Of a stretch of DNA of 64,000 bases, positions 19,695 to 29,855 are shown one piece after another; within the stretch, counting starts at the first letter, position 1, and each line of letters opens with the position of its first letter. Location of the stretch: the NCBI GenBank assembly GCA_043767845.1, contig JAYUFZ010000008.1, positions 4,242 to 68,241 on the forward strand. Reading direction: 5' to 3'. The position numbers and the translations under genes were made by a program. The notes under the pieces were generated by a model. That model did no database searches. It worked only from the letters and a program-made list of their open reading frames with translations, and was not told the DNA's origin. Source of the DNA: a bacterium (GTDB lineage Bacteria > Patescibacteriota > Saccharimonadia > UBA4664 > JBBRNT01).

Positions 19695-21137
19695 ATGGCC
19701 TCCAAACACCCAGTCCGTGTCCGTTTCGCGCCGAGCCCAACCGGTTTTGCGCACGTCGGCGGCATACGGACAGTGCTTTTTAACTTCCTCCTAGCTCGCC
19801 AAACCGGCGGCACTTTTATCGTGCGCGTCGAGGATACCGACCGTGAACGGATGGTTGAAGGCGCGACTGAGCATTTGTTCAAGTCGCTAGAGTGGCTCGG
19901 CCTCACCCCCGACGAGGGCCCTGGCATAGGCGGCGATTTTGGCCCCTACACCCAGTCGGAGCGGCTGGATATTTACAAGTCTCATGCCGCCCAACTCGTA
20001 GCTGCCGGGGCGCTCTACCCCTGCTGGTGCAGCCCTGAACGGCTCGACGGCTTGCGTAAAGAAGCTGAGGCCGCTAAAACCGCCTTCAAGTACGACCGGC
20101 ACTGCCTCGAGCACCCAGGCGACCCAAAGCTTCCCCACGTCTTGCGTTTTCGGGTTCCAACCCAGCCAGATAGTGTCAGCTGGCAGGATAAGGTGTTCGG
20201 TGAGATGACGGTTCAAACCGCTGAGCTGGACGACTTCGTATGCCTCAAATCAGACAACTTCCCGACTTACCACTTTGCCAACATTGTCGATGACCACCTC
20301 ATGCAGATCACCCATGTCTTAAGGGCCGCTGAGTGGTTACCAAGCACACCCAAACACCTTTTGCTCTACCTGGCCTTTGGCTGGACACCACCAGAATTCG
20401 TACACCTGCCCCAAATCCTGGGACCGGATGGTAAACGCAAGCTTGGCAAACGCGACGGCGCCAAAGATATTCTCGACTACCAGAAAGAAGGCTACCTTGT
20501 CGACGCCTTAACAAACTTCCTGGCCACACTCGGTTGGAATGATGGCAGCGAGCAGGAAATCTTTAGCCGCCAGGAGTTGATAGAAAAATTCAGCATTGAG
20601 CGCGTCCAGCGCAGCCCAGCCGTTTTCGACGCCGAACGCCTAGACTGGATGAATGGCCTCTATATTCGCGAATTGTTCAAACAAGACCCTGACAAACTGC
20701 TCGCCGCCATGGAACCTTTTTGGCCGAAGTCAGCCTCCGGTAGTGCCAGGGAGTACAAGCGGGGAGTGCTGGAGCTGGAATATGAGCGTGCCAAAAAGCT
20801 GTCCGACCTCAGTGAGAGCACAGCCTTCTTCTTCACCGACCCTATGCCCGACAGAGACCTTATCATCGGCAAGCTGGATACGGAGACTGCTGCTGCCTAC
20901 CTTACGGCGACGATGGATACGCTCAGCTCGGCCGAATTCACCCACGACGGTCTAGAGCAACCACTCCGCTCGTTGGCTGAAAAGCTCGGTATCAAGGCCG
21001 GCCCGCTTTTCATGCTCATCCGTGTGGCAATTACTGGCCAAACCGCCACTCCCGGCCTCTTTGAAATGATGGCTCTTCTCGGTAGACAAACAATACTACG
21101 CCGGCTCAATTCAGCGCTAGCCACGCTAACAGATTGA
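19695..21137 (+). CDS. gltX: Glutamyl-tRNA synthetase
   Basis: RFAPSPTGFAHVGG (HIGH-region variant) and KLGKRDG (KMSKS-like) are present. Length 480 aa. Confidence 0.9.
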   Translation: MASKHPVRVRFAPSPTGFAHVGGIRTVLFNFLLARQTGGTFIVRVEDTDRERMVEGATEHLFKSLEWLGLTPDEGPGIGGDFGPYTQSERLDIYKSHAAQLVAAGALYPCWCSPERLDGLRKEAEAAKTAFKYDRHCLEHPGDPKLPHVLRFRVPTQPDSVSWQDKVFGEMTVQTAELDDFVCLKSDNFPTYHFANIVDDHLMQITHVLRAAEWLPSTPKHLLLYLAFGWTPPEFVHLPQILGPDGKRKLGKRDGAKDILDYQKEGYLVDALTNFLATLGWNDGSEQEIFSRQELIEKFSIERVQRSPAVFDAERLDWMNGLYIRELFKQDPDKLLAAMEPFWPKSASGSAREYKRGVLELEYERAKKLSDLSESTAFFFTDPMPDRDLIIGKLDTETAAAYLTATMDTLSSAEFTHDGLEQPLRSLAEKLGIKAGPLFMLIRVAITGQTATPGLFEMMALLGRQTILRRLNSALATLTD

Positions 21138-21219
21138 CAGCTTCCGGCTCGCGGGATATATTCAGTTCATGATTAGTAACGCCAGTAGACTCTAGAATAC
21201 CGGCATATAAGGGGAAGTC

Positions 21220-21420
21220 ATGTACGAATTTTATGATGTTAAGAGCCGCGAGAAAGTTAGCCTTGAGGCTAAAGATGTAGCCAAGGTTACTTACGAATCA
21301 ACAACCAAGTCGGGTAAAACCCAAGTTCGCTACGCCTTCCGTGGTAGCTACCAAGGCCGCAAACTGACCAAGTTTGTGAACCAAGCCACCTGGGAATCAG
21401 CAGCTGTCGCTAGCGAGTAG
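21220..21420 (+). CDS. Small basic hypothetical protein (66 aa)
   Basis: Good SD (AAGGGGAAG) 6 nt upstream. A terminator-like hairpin plus T-run follows at about 21430..21470. Confidence 0.4.
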   Translation: MYEFYDVKSREKVSLEAKDVAKVTYESTTKSGKTQVRYAFRGSYQGRKLTKFVNQATWESAAVASE

Positions 21421-21499
21421 TCGCCGCAGCTCTAGAAAAAGAGTCTCTAGGAGGCTCTTTTTTGTTTTATGACGTAATATTCGGGTATAATGCTTACGT

Positions 21500-22744
21500 A
21501 TGGACGATATCACGCCGAAATCAAAAGTTGCCAAGCCCTTCCCGGGTACGTCGACCGCTGGTGTCTCCGATCTTGGTACGGACGAGCGACCGGGCACCCT
21601 TGACGCCCACTTGGCCAGGTTAAAGTCTGTCGAAGCCGCCCCGGAGCAGATCCCGACTACACCTACAAAAGCCAAGCAACCAATGCTAAAAATTATCTTG
21701 ATAGCCGTCACAGTGCTTGGAATTGGTACCGGTGCCGCCTTTGGCTACATGAAACTACGCCCCAAGCAGTCGCCGGCTCCAACGGCTAGCCCCACGCCCC
21801 AAGCGTCACCCACGCCAGTACCCACACCAGCACCGACGCCAGTGCCGACCACCAAGGCTTCTCCGCTTACTGGCCTATTGGTGCCGATTGCAGCTGCCGA
21901 CCGACAGATAACCGCGGTAGTCATTGAGAACCACACCGATGCCCGGCCGCAGTCGGGGCTAGGCCAGGCCGGCGTCGTATATGAGGCATTGGCCGAGGGC
22001 GGCATTACCCGCTTCTTAGCCTTCTTTCTAGACAGCCGCCCGGCCTCGCTGGGACCAATCCGCAGCCTCAGAACCTACTTTATCGACTGGGCCAAGGAAT
22101 ACAACGCGCCGGTCGCCCATGTGGGCGGCAATGCCGACGCCCTAGACCTCGTTGGCCCGACCGGCCTGCGTGATATGAACCAGTTCTACAACAGCCCAGC
22201 CTTCTTCCGCACCACCGACCGCGTTGCGCCTCACAACATGTATTCCACCAGCGATCTGCTCGACGCCTTGGAACAAAAGCTCGGCTTCGCGACGCCGACT
22301 AGCTTTGTGCCGACCCCTCGCAAGGCAGACACCCCACAGGCTGCCCCCAGCCATCCCAAAGTCACCATCAACTACTCCTACAGTGGCTACAATGTCGAAT
22401 ACCGCTTTGACGCCGCCACGGACAGCTACCTGCGCTTTTTAGCCGGCGCCCCTCACATCGACCGCAATACCAATGCCCAGATCACGGTCAAAAACGTCGT
22501 TGTCGAATACATGCCCACTAGCTACGGCACCACCCGCATCGGCGAGCAGACAGTTATTATGACCACCGTCGGCAACGGCAAGGCCCTGGTATTCATCGAC
22601 GGGGGTGTCATCGAAGGCACTTGGCAGAAGACATCTCGCGAGACCCGTACCCGTATTCTTGATAGCACCGGTGCCGAGATCCAGCTCAATGCTGGTAATA
22701 CCTGGTATAGTATCGTGCCGGTCGGCAAATCGGTCGCCTACTAA
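21500..22744 (+). CDS. Secreted/membrane-anchored DUF3048 (YerB-like) protein with Pro-rich linker
   Basis: TAVVIENHTDARPQSGLGQAGVVYEALAEGGITRFLAFF resembles the DUF3048 core as recalled. There is a TM segment and a PTPxP linker. Confidence 0.45.
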   Translation: MDDITPKSKVAKPFPGTSTAGVSDLGTDERPGTLDAHLARLKSVEAAPEQIPTTPTKAKQPMLKIILIAVTVLGIGTGAAFGYMKLRPKQSPAPTASPTPQASPTPVPTPAPTPVPTTKASPLTGLLVPIAAADRQITAVVIENHTDARPQSGLGQAGVVYEALAEGGITRFLAFFLDSRPASLGPIRSLRTYFIDWAKEYNAPVAHVGGNADALDLVGPTGLRDMNQFYNSPAFFRTTDRVAPHNMYSTSDLLDALEQKLGFATPTSFVPTPRKADTPQAAPSHPKVTINYSYSGYNVEYRFDAATDSYLRFLAGAPHIDRNTNAQITVKNVVVEYMPTSYGTTRIGEQTVIMTTVGNGKALVFIDGGVIEGTWQKTSRETRTRILDSTGAEIQLNAGNTWYSIVPVGKSVAY

Positions 22745-22795
22745 GCGGCCCTGTTGACACAATGCTTATCCCGATGGCATACTAAAGCAAAGTCC

Positions 22796-23431
22796 ATGAA
22801 AACAAAAAAGTCCTTACATCACACTCTGACCAAAAAGAAAATCCTGAAGCGCAAGTCGTCTCGGAGGCTGGCGCGTGGCTTTTTCATCGTTGTTGCTGCC
22901 TTATGCACCGGCTCGCTGGCCGTTGCCTTGGCCGCCACCAAGCCCAGTAGTGCTAGCCTCTACGTACAGACTGACGCCCATCGCCCGGGATACCGCTTGG
23001 CCGGCGACCCCACGCCCGTTCCGCCCAACCCCGAAGGGACCCCCGACCAAGTCGGCACCGCATCCTGGTACGCCCTCGGCCTACCGTCGCCAGACAGCCT
23101 GACATGTGCTTCAACCCATTTTGGCCGGGGCACCTACCTCGATGTTAAGAACCTGCGCAATGGCAAACACGTCACCTGCCTGGTCAACGATTATGGTCCT
23201 GAGGCTTGGACCAACCGGGCCATCGACCTATCACGCGGCAGCTTCCGGGTCATCGACAGCCTCAGTTCCGGCACGACCAAGGTCGAAATTCGCGTTGTGT
23301 CGCGTCCAACAGGCCTCAATATCAACGCCGCCCAGCTACTGGGCACGCTCATGGGCTACAATCTATGCTCCCAAACCAATACGATGCAATTCTGCGAAAT
23401 CAATAAGCAAAGCAGCCTACAGCTCAAGTAG
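22796..23431 (+). CDS. RlpA-like double-psi beta-barrel (DPBB) protein with N-terminal TM/signal
   Basis: GTASWYALG…THFGRGTYLDVKNLRNGKHVTCLVNDYGPEA…RAIDLSRGSF matches the RlpA/DPBB_1 pattern. The ORF-track start is a TTG at 22754, so the ATG at 22796 was used. Confidence 0.6.
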   Translation: MKTKKSLHHTLTKKKILKRKSSRRLARGFFIVVAALCTGSLAVALAATKPSSASLYVQTDAHRPGYRLAGDPTPVPPNPEGTPDQVGTASWYALGLPSPDSLTCASTHFGRGTYLDVKNLRNGKHVTCLVNDYGPEAWTNRAIDLSRGSFRVIDSLSSGTTKVEIRVVSRPTGLNINAAQLLGTLMGYNLCSQTNTMQFCEINKQSSLQLK

Positions 23432-23505
23432 TCCAGTCATATTGCATATTCTGAAACTATATGTCATAGTAAGGCATCTTCGCACCTACAAGACCGGAGC
23501 TTATC

Positions 23506-23922
23506 ATGTCCACCGAGCTAACGTTACGCGACTGCCTGTATGCCACAGGCATTGTCGCCGCCATCTGCGTCATACTATGCATTGAGGTAGGAGGAACGAA
23601 CCCGATAGTCTACGGCTCGCTGCTCGCCAGCCTCACGTTGTCGCTAGCGGCGCACACCTGTAGTCGCTACTTGCGTCGTAAAATAGTGGATAGCAGCTAT
23701 CGTAGGCTGCTCAGTTCGGCCGAACTAGCATACCGCAAATACGACCACCGCCAAGACTTGAAGCCCATGCAACAGCTCGCCCTGCATGATTTGCGTCGAT
23801 CCATCTGGGACTTACGCCGAGAAATCTTGCTGGCAAATCCTTACGACCTGACCCATATTGCAAGCGAGCTTAGCCGGACTACAAACATTCTCGGCTTCAG
23901 CCTCCAGCAAGCCATGCGCTAA
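23506..23922 (+). CDS. Hypothetical small membrane protein
   Basis: Two hydrophobic helices near the N-terminus. Followed by a terminator. Confidence 0.4.
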   Translation: MSTELTLRDCLYATGIVAAICVILCIEVGGTNPIVYGSLLASLTLSLAAHTCSRYLRRKIVDSSYRRLLSSAELAYRKYDHRQDLKPMQQLALHDLRRSIWDLRREILLANPYDLTHIASELSRTTNILGFSLQQAMR

Positions 23923-23926
23923 CAGC

Positions 23927-23961
23927 AAAAGACCCCCGGATTCGAGGGTCTTTCTTTATTT
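23927..23961. terminator. Bidirectional intrinsic terminator
   Basis: AAAAGACCC-ccggattcga-GGGTCTTTCTTTATTT. Confidence 0.6.
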
Positions 23962-23973
23962 ACTAGACGAAAA

Positions 23974-24462
23974 CTATTCGACGCCGAGCAGCTCAACATC
24001 AAACTTCAGCGGCGAGTTGGGCGGGATCGAACCTTGGCCGCCGGCGCCGTAGGCCATCTCGGCTGGAATAGTTAGGGTGCGCTTGCCACCAACCTTCATG
24101 CCATCAAAGCCTTGGTCCCAGCCCTTGATAACCTGGCCTTGGCCAAGCGTGAAGCTAAATGGCTGGCCTCGATCGACCGAGCTATCAAACTTCGTGCCGT
24201 CAAGCAGACAGCCAGTGTAGTGGACGCTAATCTTTTTACCAGCCGTTGCTTCGGCGCCAGTACCGACTACCGTGTCGGTCTTTATGAGTTCAGTCACATT
24301 TTTATCTCCGTTAGTTGGTGTGCACGTGGCCGTGCGGGCCGTTGTTGTTGCCGTAGTTCCGGCAGTGGTCGATGAGTTCTGGTGACGCATCACCAGAAAA
24401 GTGCCTGTGCCGAGCGCCAAAGCTGCCAGAAGTGTTCCGATAGATATAAGTTTGCCATTCAT
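23974..24462 (-). CDS. FKBP-type peptidyl-prolyl cis-trans isomerase with lipoprotein/secretion-type N-terminus
   Basis: [10 protein letters not shown]…[11 protein letters not shown] is the FKBP signature. Confidence 0.8.
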   Translation of the reverse strand: MNGKLISIGTLLAALALGTGTFLVMRHQNSSTTAGTTATTTARTATCTPTNGDKNVTELIKTDTVVGTGAEATAGKKISVHYTGCLLDGTKFDSSVDRGQPFSFTLGQGQVIKGWDQGFDGMKVGGKRTLTIPAEMAYGAGGQGSIPPNSPLKFDVELLGVE

Positions 24463-24526
24463 AGCTGAAATTATACCAAACCCAGACCAAAGGTACTAGG
24501 CGAACGCCACACGAAGCATTAGAATA

Positions 24527-26080
24527 ATGTTGATGAAACATGATGATCGATTCCGCTACCACGCCTTGGCGCTGTTTTTCGCAGTTGCCTTATTCCCGGC
24601 CGTTACAGTCAGTACCTTGTGGTATGTACTGACCCGCGCCACCACCTCTGGGAGCCTGGTAAGCTATGGAATAGTTGTACTACCGATCGCCATTCTTGGC
24701 CTGGCACCGGCTCTAGTTCTAAGCTTTTTCTTCGTTGAACTACTGGTGCAGCCGATCCGCCGCCTCCACCAAGCGATCGATGAAATAAGCAAGGGTAATT
24801 TTAACTTCCGAAGCCATTTCAAGAAGGGGAGCGAGTTCTACGAAATGGCCGAGTCACTCAATGGTATATCAAGTACCATGGAAGAGATCCTCAGCCAAAA
24901 AAGCGGCGAGAACGAGTTAATCGTAGCCGAGCGCAACAAACTGCGAGCCGTCTTAGACTCTATGGAAGATGGCGTATTTGCTATCGACTCCAGCGGCCGC
25001 ATAATGCTGTTCAATAAAGCCGCCCAGGAGATTACTGGCCGCTCGATAACCGAGGTTGCTGGACAGCTCTCAGAGAAAGTCATGCCACTACGCCGTGGCG
25101 AAGAATTGGTAATGGCCAGCTGGCTTGCCGATCGGCGGGTTGCCAAGCGCGAACTAGGCGAATGGCGCAACCTTACACTCTACCGAGCCGATGGCGATAA
25201 GCTCTTCGTCGATGTTCGAGCTATCAAACTCCCCAGCGACCCGAACGGTATCCAGGCCCTAGTGACCTTCCACGATCTTACCAAGAGCCACAATCTGGAG
25301 GAAATGAAGGTCGACTTCGTGTCTCTGGCGGCTCACGAACTGCGGACACCACTGACCGCTATAAAAGGCTATCTAGACGTGCTCGAAACCGAGACAGAGG
25401 GGGAGCTGTCGGTCGACCAGCAGCAAATCCTAGCCCGCACCATCATTAGCGCCCGGCAGCTCTCTGGAGTGGTTAATAATATATTAAACGTCTCCCGTAT
25501 TGAGCGCGGCGAACTGGCCCTGAACTTCGAGATTATTGACCCCAAAGCACTCGTCCACAACCTAAAGATCGACTATGATGTTCGCGCCCAGCAACAAAAC
25601 CGCCAGCTCGAAGTCCACTACGGCAGCCACTTGCCGGCGATAAACGTCGATCTGGTGGGTATTACCGAAGTCATGAATAACCTCGTCGATAACGCCATCA
25701 ACCATACCGAACCGGGCGGCAAGATCGATATCAAACTTAGCTTCATCAAAGACAATCAGGAATTGGAAATAATCGTCACCGATGACGGCCACGGCATACC
25801 AAAAGCCGCCATTCCCAAATTATTCACCAAGTTCTACCGGGTCGAGGGCCTACACACCACCAAGGGCACTGGCCTCGGCCTCTTCATCTCCAAATCGATT
25901 CTCGAAGCATTCGGCGGCCGCATTTGGGTAGAGTCCGAGGAGGGCCACGGCGCGAGTTTTAGCTTACGGATCCCAGCGGCGCAGCTAGTTGCAGAGAAAG
26001 AACATGCGTCGCATAATAGTAGAACAAGTGGCTCAATGAAAGGAACTCATGGCTGGATCAAAGACCATTCTATTCGCTGA
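24527..26080 (+). CDS. Sensor histidine kinase (2 TM, HAMP, PAS, HisKA, HATPase_c)
   Basis: H-box LAAHELRTPLTAIKGY, plus N-box and G-boxes (DDGHGIP, GTGLGL). Confidence 0.8.
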   Translation: MLMKHDDRFRYHALALFFAVALFPAVTVSTLWYVLTRATTSGSLVSYGIVVLPIAILGLAPALVLSFFFVELLVQPIRRLHQAIDEISKGNFNFRSHFKKGSEFYEMAESLNGISSTMEEILSQKSGENELIVAERNKLRAVLDSMEDGVFAIDSSGRIMLFNKAAQEITGRSITEVAGQLSEKVMPLRRGEELVMASWLADRRVAKRELGEWRNLTLYRADGDKLFVDVRAIKLPSDPNGIQALVTFHDLTKSHNLEEMKVDFVSLAAHELRTPLTAIKGYLDVLETETEGELSVDQQQILARTIISARQLSGVVNNILNVSRIERGELALNFEIIDPKALVHNLKIDYDVRAQQQNRQLEVHYGSHLPAINVDLVGITEVMNNLVDNAINHTEPGGKIDIKLSFIKDNQELEIIVTDDGHGIPKAAIPKLFTKFYRVEGLHTTKGTGLGLFISKSILEAFGGRIWVESEEGHGASFSLRIPAAQLVAEKEHASHNSRTSGSMKGTHGWIKDHSIR

Positions 26081-26426
26081 AGATGATCGCTTTATTAGCG
26101 AAATGTATTCGCGCGTTCTCCAAAAAGCAGGCTACACCGTAGACTTCGCCTACACCGGCTCCGAAGCCCTCAAAAAGGCTCAAGGTGGCAAATTCGACCT
26201 TATCCTGCTCGACATCATGATGCCCGAGAAAACCGGCATTGAAATCCTTGAGGAGCTGCGTGGTGCCGACGGCAAGGGCGCGCCAGATACCAAGATTATT
26301 ATTCTCACCAATCTAGCTCAAAACGTCGCTAGCCAAGACCAGCTCAAGGCTTTGGCCGATGGCTACCTTATAAAAGCCGACATCGTACCCAGTAAGCTGG
26401 TAGAGCTTATCAACGGACTCTGGTAA
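26049..26426 (+). CDS. Stand-alone response-regulator receiver domain (CheY-like, no output domain)
   Basis: ILFAEDD…DLILLDIMMPEKTG…K carries the Asp pocket and phospho-acceptor Asp. Length 125 aa. Confidence 0.8.
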   Translation: MAGSKTILFAEDDRFISEMYSRVLQKAGYTVDFAYTGSEALKKAQGGKFDLILLDIMMPEKTGIEILEELRGADGKGAPDTKIIILTNLAQNVASQDQLKALADGYLIKADIVPSKLVELINGLW

Positions 26427-26538
26427 GTCAGTATTATTCTACAAATTTTAGAGCCAACCAAGACGTTTATACTACTTATGCTATTGACAATATCTTGCCT
26501 CTACGTAAGAATAATAGGTAACTAACCAAAAAGAAAAA

Positions 26539-27693
26539 ATGCCTACAAAAAAGTCCACTAAAAGCAAAACACCAACAGCCACTCGTTCGCGCGTTGCTCA
26601 TGCTAAGCCAGTCATCGCTACCGAGTCCGGCTGGGCGAAACGCAATCTATTGATTATGGCAGGGGTAGCAGTTTTGGCAGTTGCCGTGGCAGCCAGTGCC
26701 TACATCTACACGACCAAGCACAAGACTGTCACCAAGACGCCTGTCACACTGACTAAGGTCAAGGTCAAGCTCAAGTGGCTCCACAACGCCCAGTTTGCCG
26801 GCCTCTACTATGCCAAAGAAAAGGGTTATTTCGCAGCTGAAGGCTTGGACGTGAGTTTTGAAGAGTGGTCGAGTACCCGTAGTTCGGCAACCAAGATCGT
26901 TGATGCCAAAGAAGCAGATTTCGGTGTTTCAACTGGTACCGATATCATCAACGCCAGAGCCAACTCCGGCCGCAAGGTCGTTGGACTGGCCACTGTCTTC
27001 CAGCATGACCCTGAAGGCTATGTAGCCCTCAAATCATCAGGCATTACTGACCTCAAAAGCGTTGCCGGCCATAATGTTGGGCTCTTCCCTGGAAAGACTA
27101 CGACTATATGGAATGCTATGCTCAAGGCCCAAAACCTATCAAGCCTTAGCTTCAAGCAGACGAATATGGACTTCAGCAAACTGCCCAAGCCTGAGACTAA
27201 GGTCTTGACTGACAAAACAGTTGATGTCTACGCCACCTTCCTGACCGACCAAGCCGTCCGTCTCAAGGCTGACCTAGCGGCCAGTGGCTCGAGCGACGAG
27301 ATCGTGACCTTCAACCCCTACGACTATGGTATTGCCAACTACAATGACACACTCTTCACCTACGATGATATGGTTAAAAACAATCCGGCTCTGGTTCAGA
27401 AATTCGTCAACGCCGCAGTCAAAGGTTGGCATGACGCTATAGCTGACCCGACCGGCGCAGTCACCGCCATCCACGCCTACGACGGTGCCGACTATAAGCC
27501 CTACGAAGCCGCTATTTTCAAGGCCGAAGTGCCTTTCATCCAGACCAACGATGTGCCTCTGCTCTGGACCGATGGTGCAGTCTGGAAGGGTATGTATTCG
27601 ATGATCAACGCTACTGGCTCGCTCAAGACCCAGATCGACGTTACAGCCGCCTACGACTCAAAGTTTGTCCGCAACTACTACAACATCAAGTAA
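26539..27693 (+). CDS. NMT1/THI5-like periplasmic substrate-binding protein (nitrate/sulfonate/bicarbonate/HMP family) with N-terminal TM anchor
   Basis: LKWLHNAQFAGLYYAKEKGYF is the family hallmark. There is a TM anchor. No permease or ATPase genes are adjacent; the protein sits between the kinase genes. Confidence 0.6.
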   Translation: MPTKKSTKSKTPTATRSRVAHAKPVIATESGWAKRNLLIMAGVAVLAVAVAASAYIYTTKHKTVTKTPVTLTKVKVKLKWLHNAQFAGLYYAKEKGYFAAEGLDVSFEEWSSTRSSATKIVDAKEADFGVSTGTDIINARANSGRKVVGLATVFQHDPEGYVALKSSGITDLKSVAGHNVGLFPGKTTTIWNAMLKAQNLSSLSFKQTNMDFSKLPKPETKVLTDKTVDVYATFLTDQAVRLKADLAASGSSDEIVTFNPYDYGIANYNDTLFTYDDMVKNNPALVQKFVNAAVKGWHDAIADPTGAVTAIHAYDGADYKPYEAAIFKAEVPFIQTNDVPLLWTDGAVWKGMYSMINATGSLKTQIDVTAAYDSKFVRNYYNIK

Positions 27694-27711
27694 TAGCTAG
27701 AGAGATCACCA

Positions 27712-29565
27712 ATGAAGCTGGCTAATAGGAGTTCGCTTAGCACCAAGCTAACCGTGTACTTCCTAATAGCCGCTTTGTTGCCGGTTGGCATTGCAGGCGT
27801 GTTGATACTGAGAGTAGCCCAGAAAAACATCGACACATTGACCTTTTCAAACTTAGAACTAGCCAGAAACCTCAAAATCAACCAGATCAATCTATTGATA
27901 GAAAAAGAATCTGAGGTAGTAAATGCACTATCTAAAACCCAGACGGTTCAAGATAGTGCCATGAGCTTAAAAAACAAGCAGCCCCTCAGCCCTGCGCAAT
28001 TGTCTGCTTATAAGCCGCTCGTTGAAGTCGAGGGTGAATTCATTGAGGTTTTTCTCATAGATAGTGAAACGGCTAAGGTTTATGCATCAAGCAATACGGC
28101 CGAACTTACAAAAAACAAACAACTTGATGAATCGTTCGTACGTGGCAAGCAGGCGCTATTTGTACAAGATTTATATTTCGACTACTCTAATTTTGTACCG
28201 CGATATACTATCACCACTCCAATCATTATCGGCGGCCAATTGGTGGGTGTCTTCGGTGCTCATCTCGAACTCGATGCCATCGACCAGATCATGGCCGAGC
28301 CCCTAGGTATTGGCGATACCAGCGAGACATATTTAATTAATAAAGCGCATCAGTTCGTCTCAGACAGTCGCTTCGATCCGAATTCCAAATTCAATCTAGG
28401 TCTCAATACGGCACAGTCGGAGTCGGTATTGGCGGGCAAGGAAGGAAAAGGAATTTACAAGAATTACCGCGGCAAACTCGTGTATGGGAACTACGTCTAC
28501 ATTCCTGAGAGACACCTAGCAATCTTCGCCGAAGTTGAGCAACACGAAGCACTGGCCTCACTCCGTGAATTTGAACGGCTTATCTTGTATGCAGCTCTGG
28601 CTAGCTGCCTCTTTCTCGTCCTACTCACGCGCTTGTTTACCAACCAATTCTTAAAGCCGATAAGAAAGCTAACCGAGGGCGTAGAAGCCTTCGGCCGTGG
28701 CCAGCTGACGACGCGTATTAGTATTACTTCCAAAGATGAGGTCCGCAAGCTAGCTGAAACCTTCAATAGCATGGCCCAGTCGGTCCAAGACAGCATTACC
28801 AAGCTGCGCGAGCTGGATAAACTCAAATCCGAGTTCCTAGCCATTGCCTCGCACAACCTACGCACACCGCTGTCGGTCATCATGGGCTACGCCGATGGTA
28901 TGCGCGATGCTAACAATAAGCTCAATAAAGATGCCGCTATCATTGGCTCCTACGCCCAGCGACTCAACGTCTTTGCTGAAGATATGCTACTAATCTCTGA
29001 AATTGAGATTGGCGGCAATCTGGCCACCGTTACTCAAAAAACGCCGACCGACATCACTACGCTCATCGGGGAGATAGCTACGCAGATTACCCCGATGGTC
29101 TCAGAGAAGAAGCTATCTCTAGGAGTAGTAGCCGCCAAAAAAATCCCGATGGTCAATATTAATAAGCAATATGTTAAAGATGCCATTTGGAATATCCTCG
29201 ATAACGCTATAAAATTCACCGGCGAGAACGGCATTATCACCATGACGGCCAAGCCGGTCAAGGACAAAGTGACGGTCACTATTGCCGATACTGGAGCGGG
29301 TATCGCCAAGGAAGAGCTACCAATGCTCTTTACCAAATTCCACCGCGGGACTAGCACTATGGTTTACAACTACGAGGGCACCGGTCTCGGTCTGTACGTC
29401 GCTAAGCTGATTGTGGAGAGTAATGGGGGGCAGATAGAGGTTGAAAGCGTCGAAGGTAAAGGAACGACAGTGACGCTTATGTTCCCCGTAGCGCCAGTCG
29501 AGCCAAAGTCCAAGGACGCCCTCACCCCCAAAGCTGTCAAAACCATCGCCGACACATTGGAGTAG
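27712..29565 (+). CDS. Sensor histidine kinase with extracytoplasmic Cache-like domain, HAMP, HisKA, HATPase_c
   Basis: H-box IASHNLRTPLSVIMGY. G-boxes DTGAGI and GTGLGL. Two TM segments flank a ~250-aa sensor domain. Confidence 0.75.
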   Translation: MKLANRSSLSTKLTVYFLIAALLPVGIAGVLILRVAQKNIDTLTFSNLELARNLKINQINLLIEKESEVVNALSKTQTVQDSAMSLKNKQPLSPAQLSAYKPLVEVEGEFIEVFLIDSETAKVYASSNTAELTKNKQLDESFVRGKQALFVQDLYFDYSNFVPRYTITTPIIIGGQLVGVFGAHLELDAIDQIMAEPLGIGDTSETYLINKAHQFVSDSRFDPNSKFNLGLNTAQSESVLAGKEGKGIYKNYRGKLVYGNYVYIPERHLAIFAEVEQHEALASLREFERLILYAALASCLFLVLLTRLFTNQFLKPIRKLTEGVEAFGRGQLTTRISITSKDEVRKLAETFNSMAQSVQDSITKLRELDKLKSEFLAIASHNLRTPLSVIMGYADGMRDANNKLNKDAAIIGSYAQRLNVFAEDMLLISEIEIGGNLATVTQKTPTDITTLIGEIATQITPMVSEKKLSLGVVAAKKIPMVNINKQYVKDAIWNILDNAIKFTGENGIITMTAKPVKDKVTVTIADTGAGIAKEELPMLFTKFHRGTSTMVYNYEGTGLGLYVAKLIVESNGGQIEVESVEGKGTTVTLMFPVAPVEPKSKDALTPKAVKTIADTLE

Positions 29566-29644
29566 TACACTTGATAAATTGCCTGAAAGTAGGTAAAATA
29601 TCCTAGTCCAAAAGGGTAGCTGTCTCTCGACCAGGCTATCAGTG

Positions 29645-29719
29645 CGGTCCCATCGTCTAACGGTTAGGACACCGGATTCTCATTCCGACAATCGGGGTTC
29701 GATTCCCCGTGGGACTACC
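29645..29719 (+). tRNA. tRNA-Glu(CUC), CCA encoded
   Basis: GGTCCCATCGTCTAACGGTTAGGACACCGGATTCTCATTCCGACAATCGGGGTTCGATTCCCCGTGGGACTACCA. Acceptor 7 bp (one G-U pair). Anticodon loop UUCUCAU. Resembles the bacterial tRNA-Glu consensus TCGTCTA…AGGACACCG. Confidence 0.8.
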
Positions 29720-29727
29720 ACAGAAAA

Positions 29728-29751
29728 CGCCTCACTTTTGTGGGGCTTTTT
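29728..29751 (+). terminator. Intrinsic terminator after tRNA-Glu
   Basis: GCCTCAC-tttt-GTGGGGC followed by TTTTT. Confidence 0.5.
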
Positions 29752-29756
29752 CTATT

Positions 29757-29812
29757 CAGGAAGTTACTAAGCCAGAACTTACAAAAAACAGCCCCACCGC
29801 CAGGTCCCAGGA
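29757..29812 (-). repeat. Copy A of a ~50-nt terminator-like element
   Basis: Minus-strand reading: CCCCACCACC-TATCCCCTCCTGGGACCT-GGCGGTGGGG-CTGTTTTTT. About 85% identical to copy B at 31258..31312. Each copy sits 50–65 nt past a minus-strand stop codon. Confidence 0.6.
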
Positions 29813-29855
29813 GGGGATAGGTGGTGGGGCGAAGGAGTCGCTAGACAAAGCTAGC

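Noticed and set aside
26427-26538. TPP riboswitch upstream of the NMT1/THI5-like binding-protein gene
   Set aside because: THI5-family genes are often TPP-regulated. The spacer lacks the CUGAGA / ACCUGAUCUGGAUAAUGCCAGCG consensus and looks like a plain promoter (TTGACA-16-TAAGAAT).
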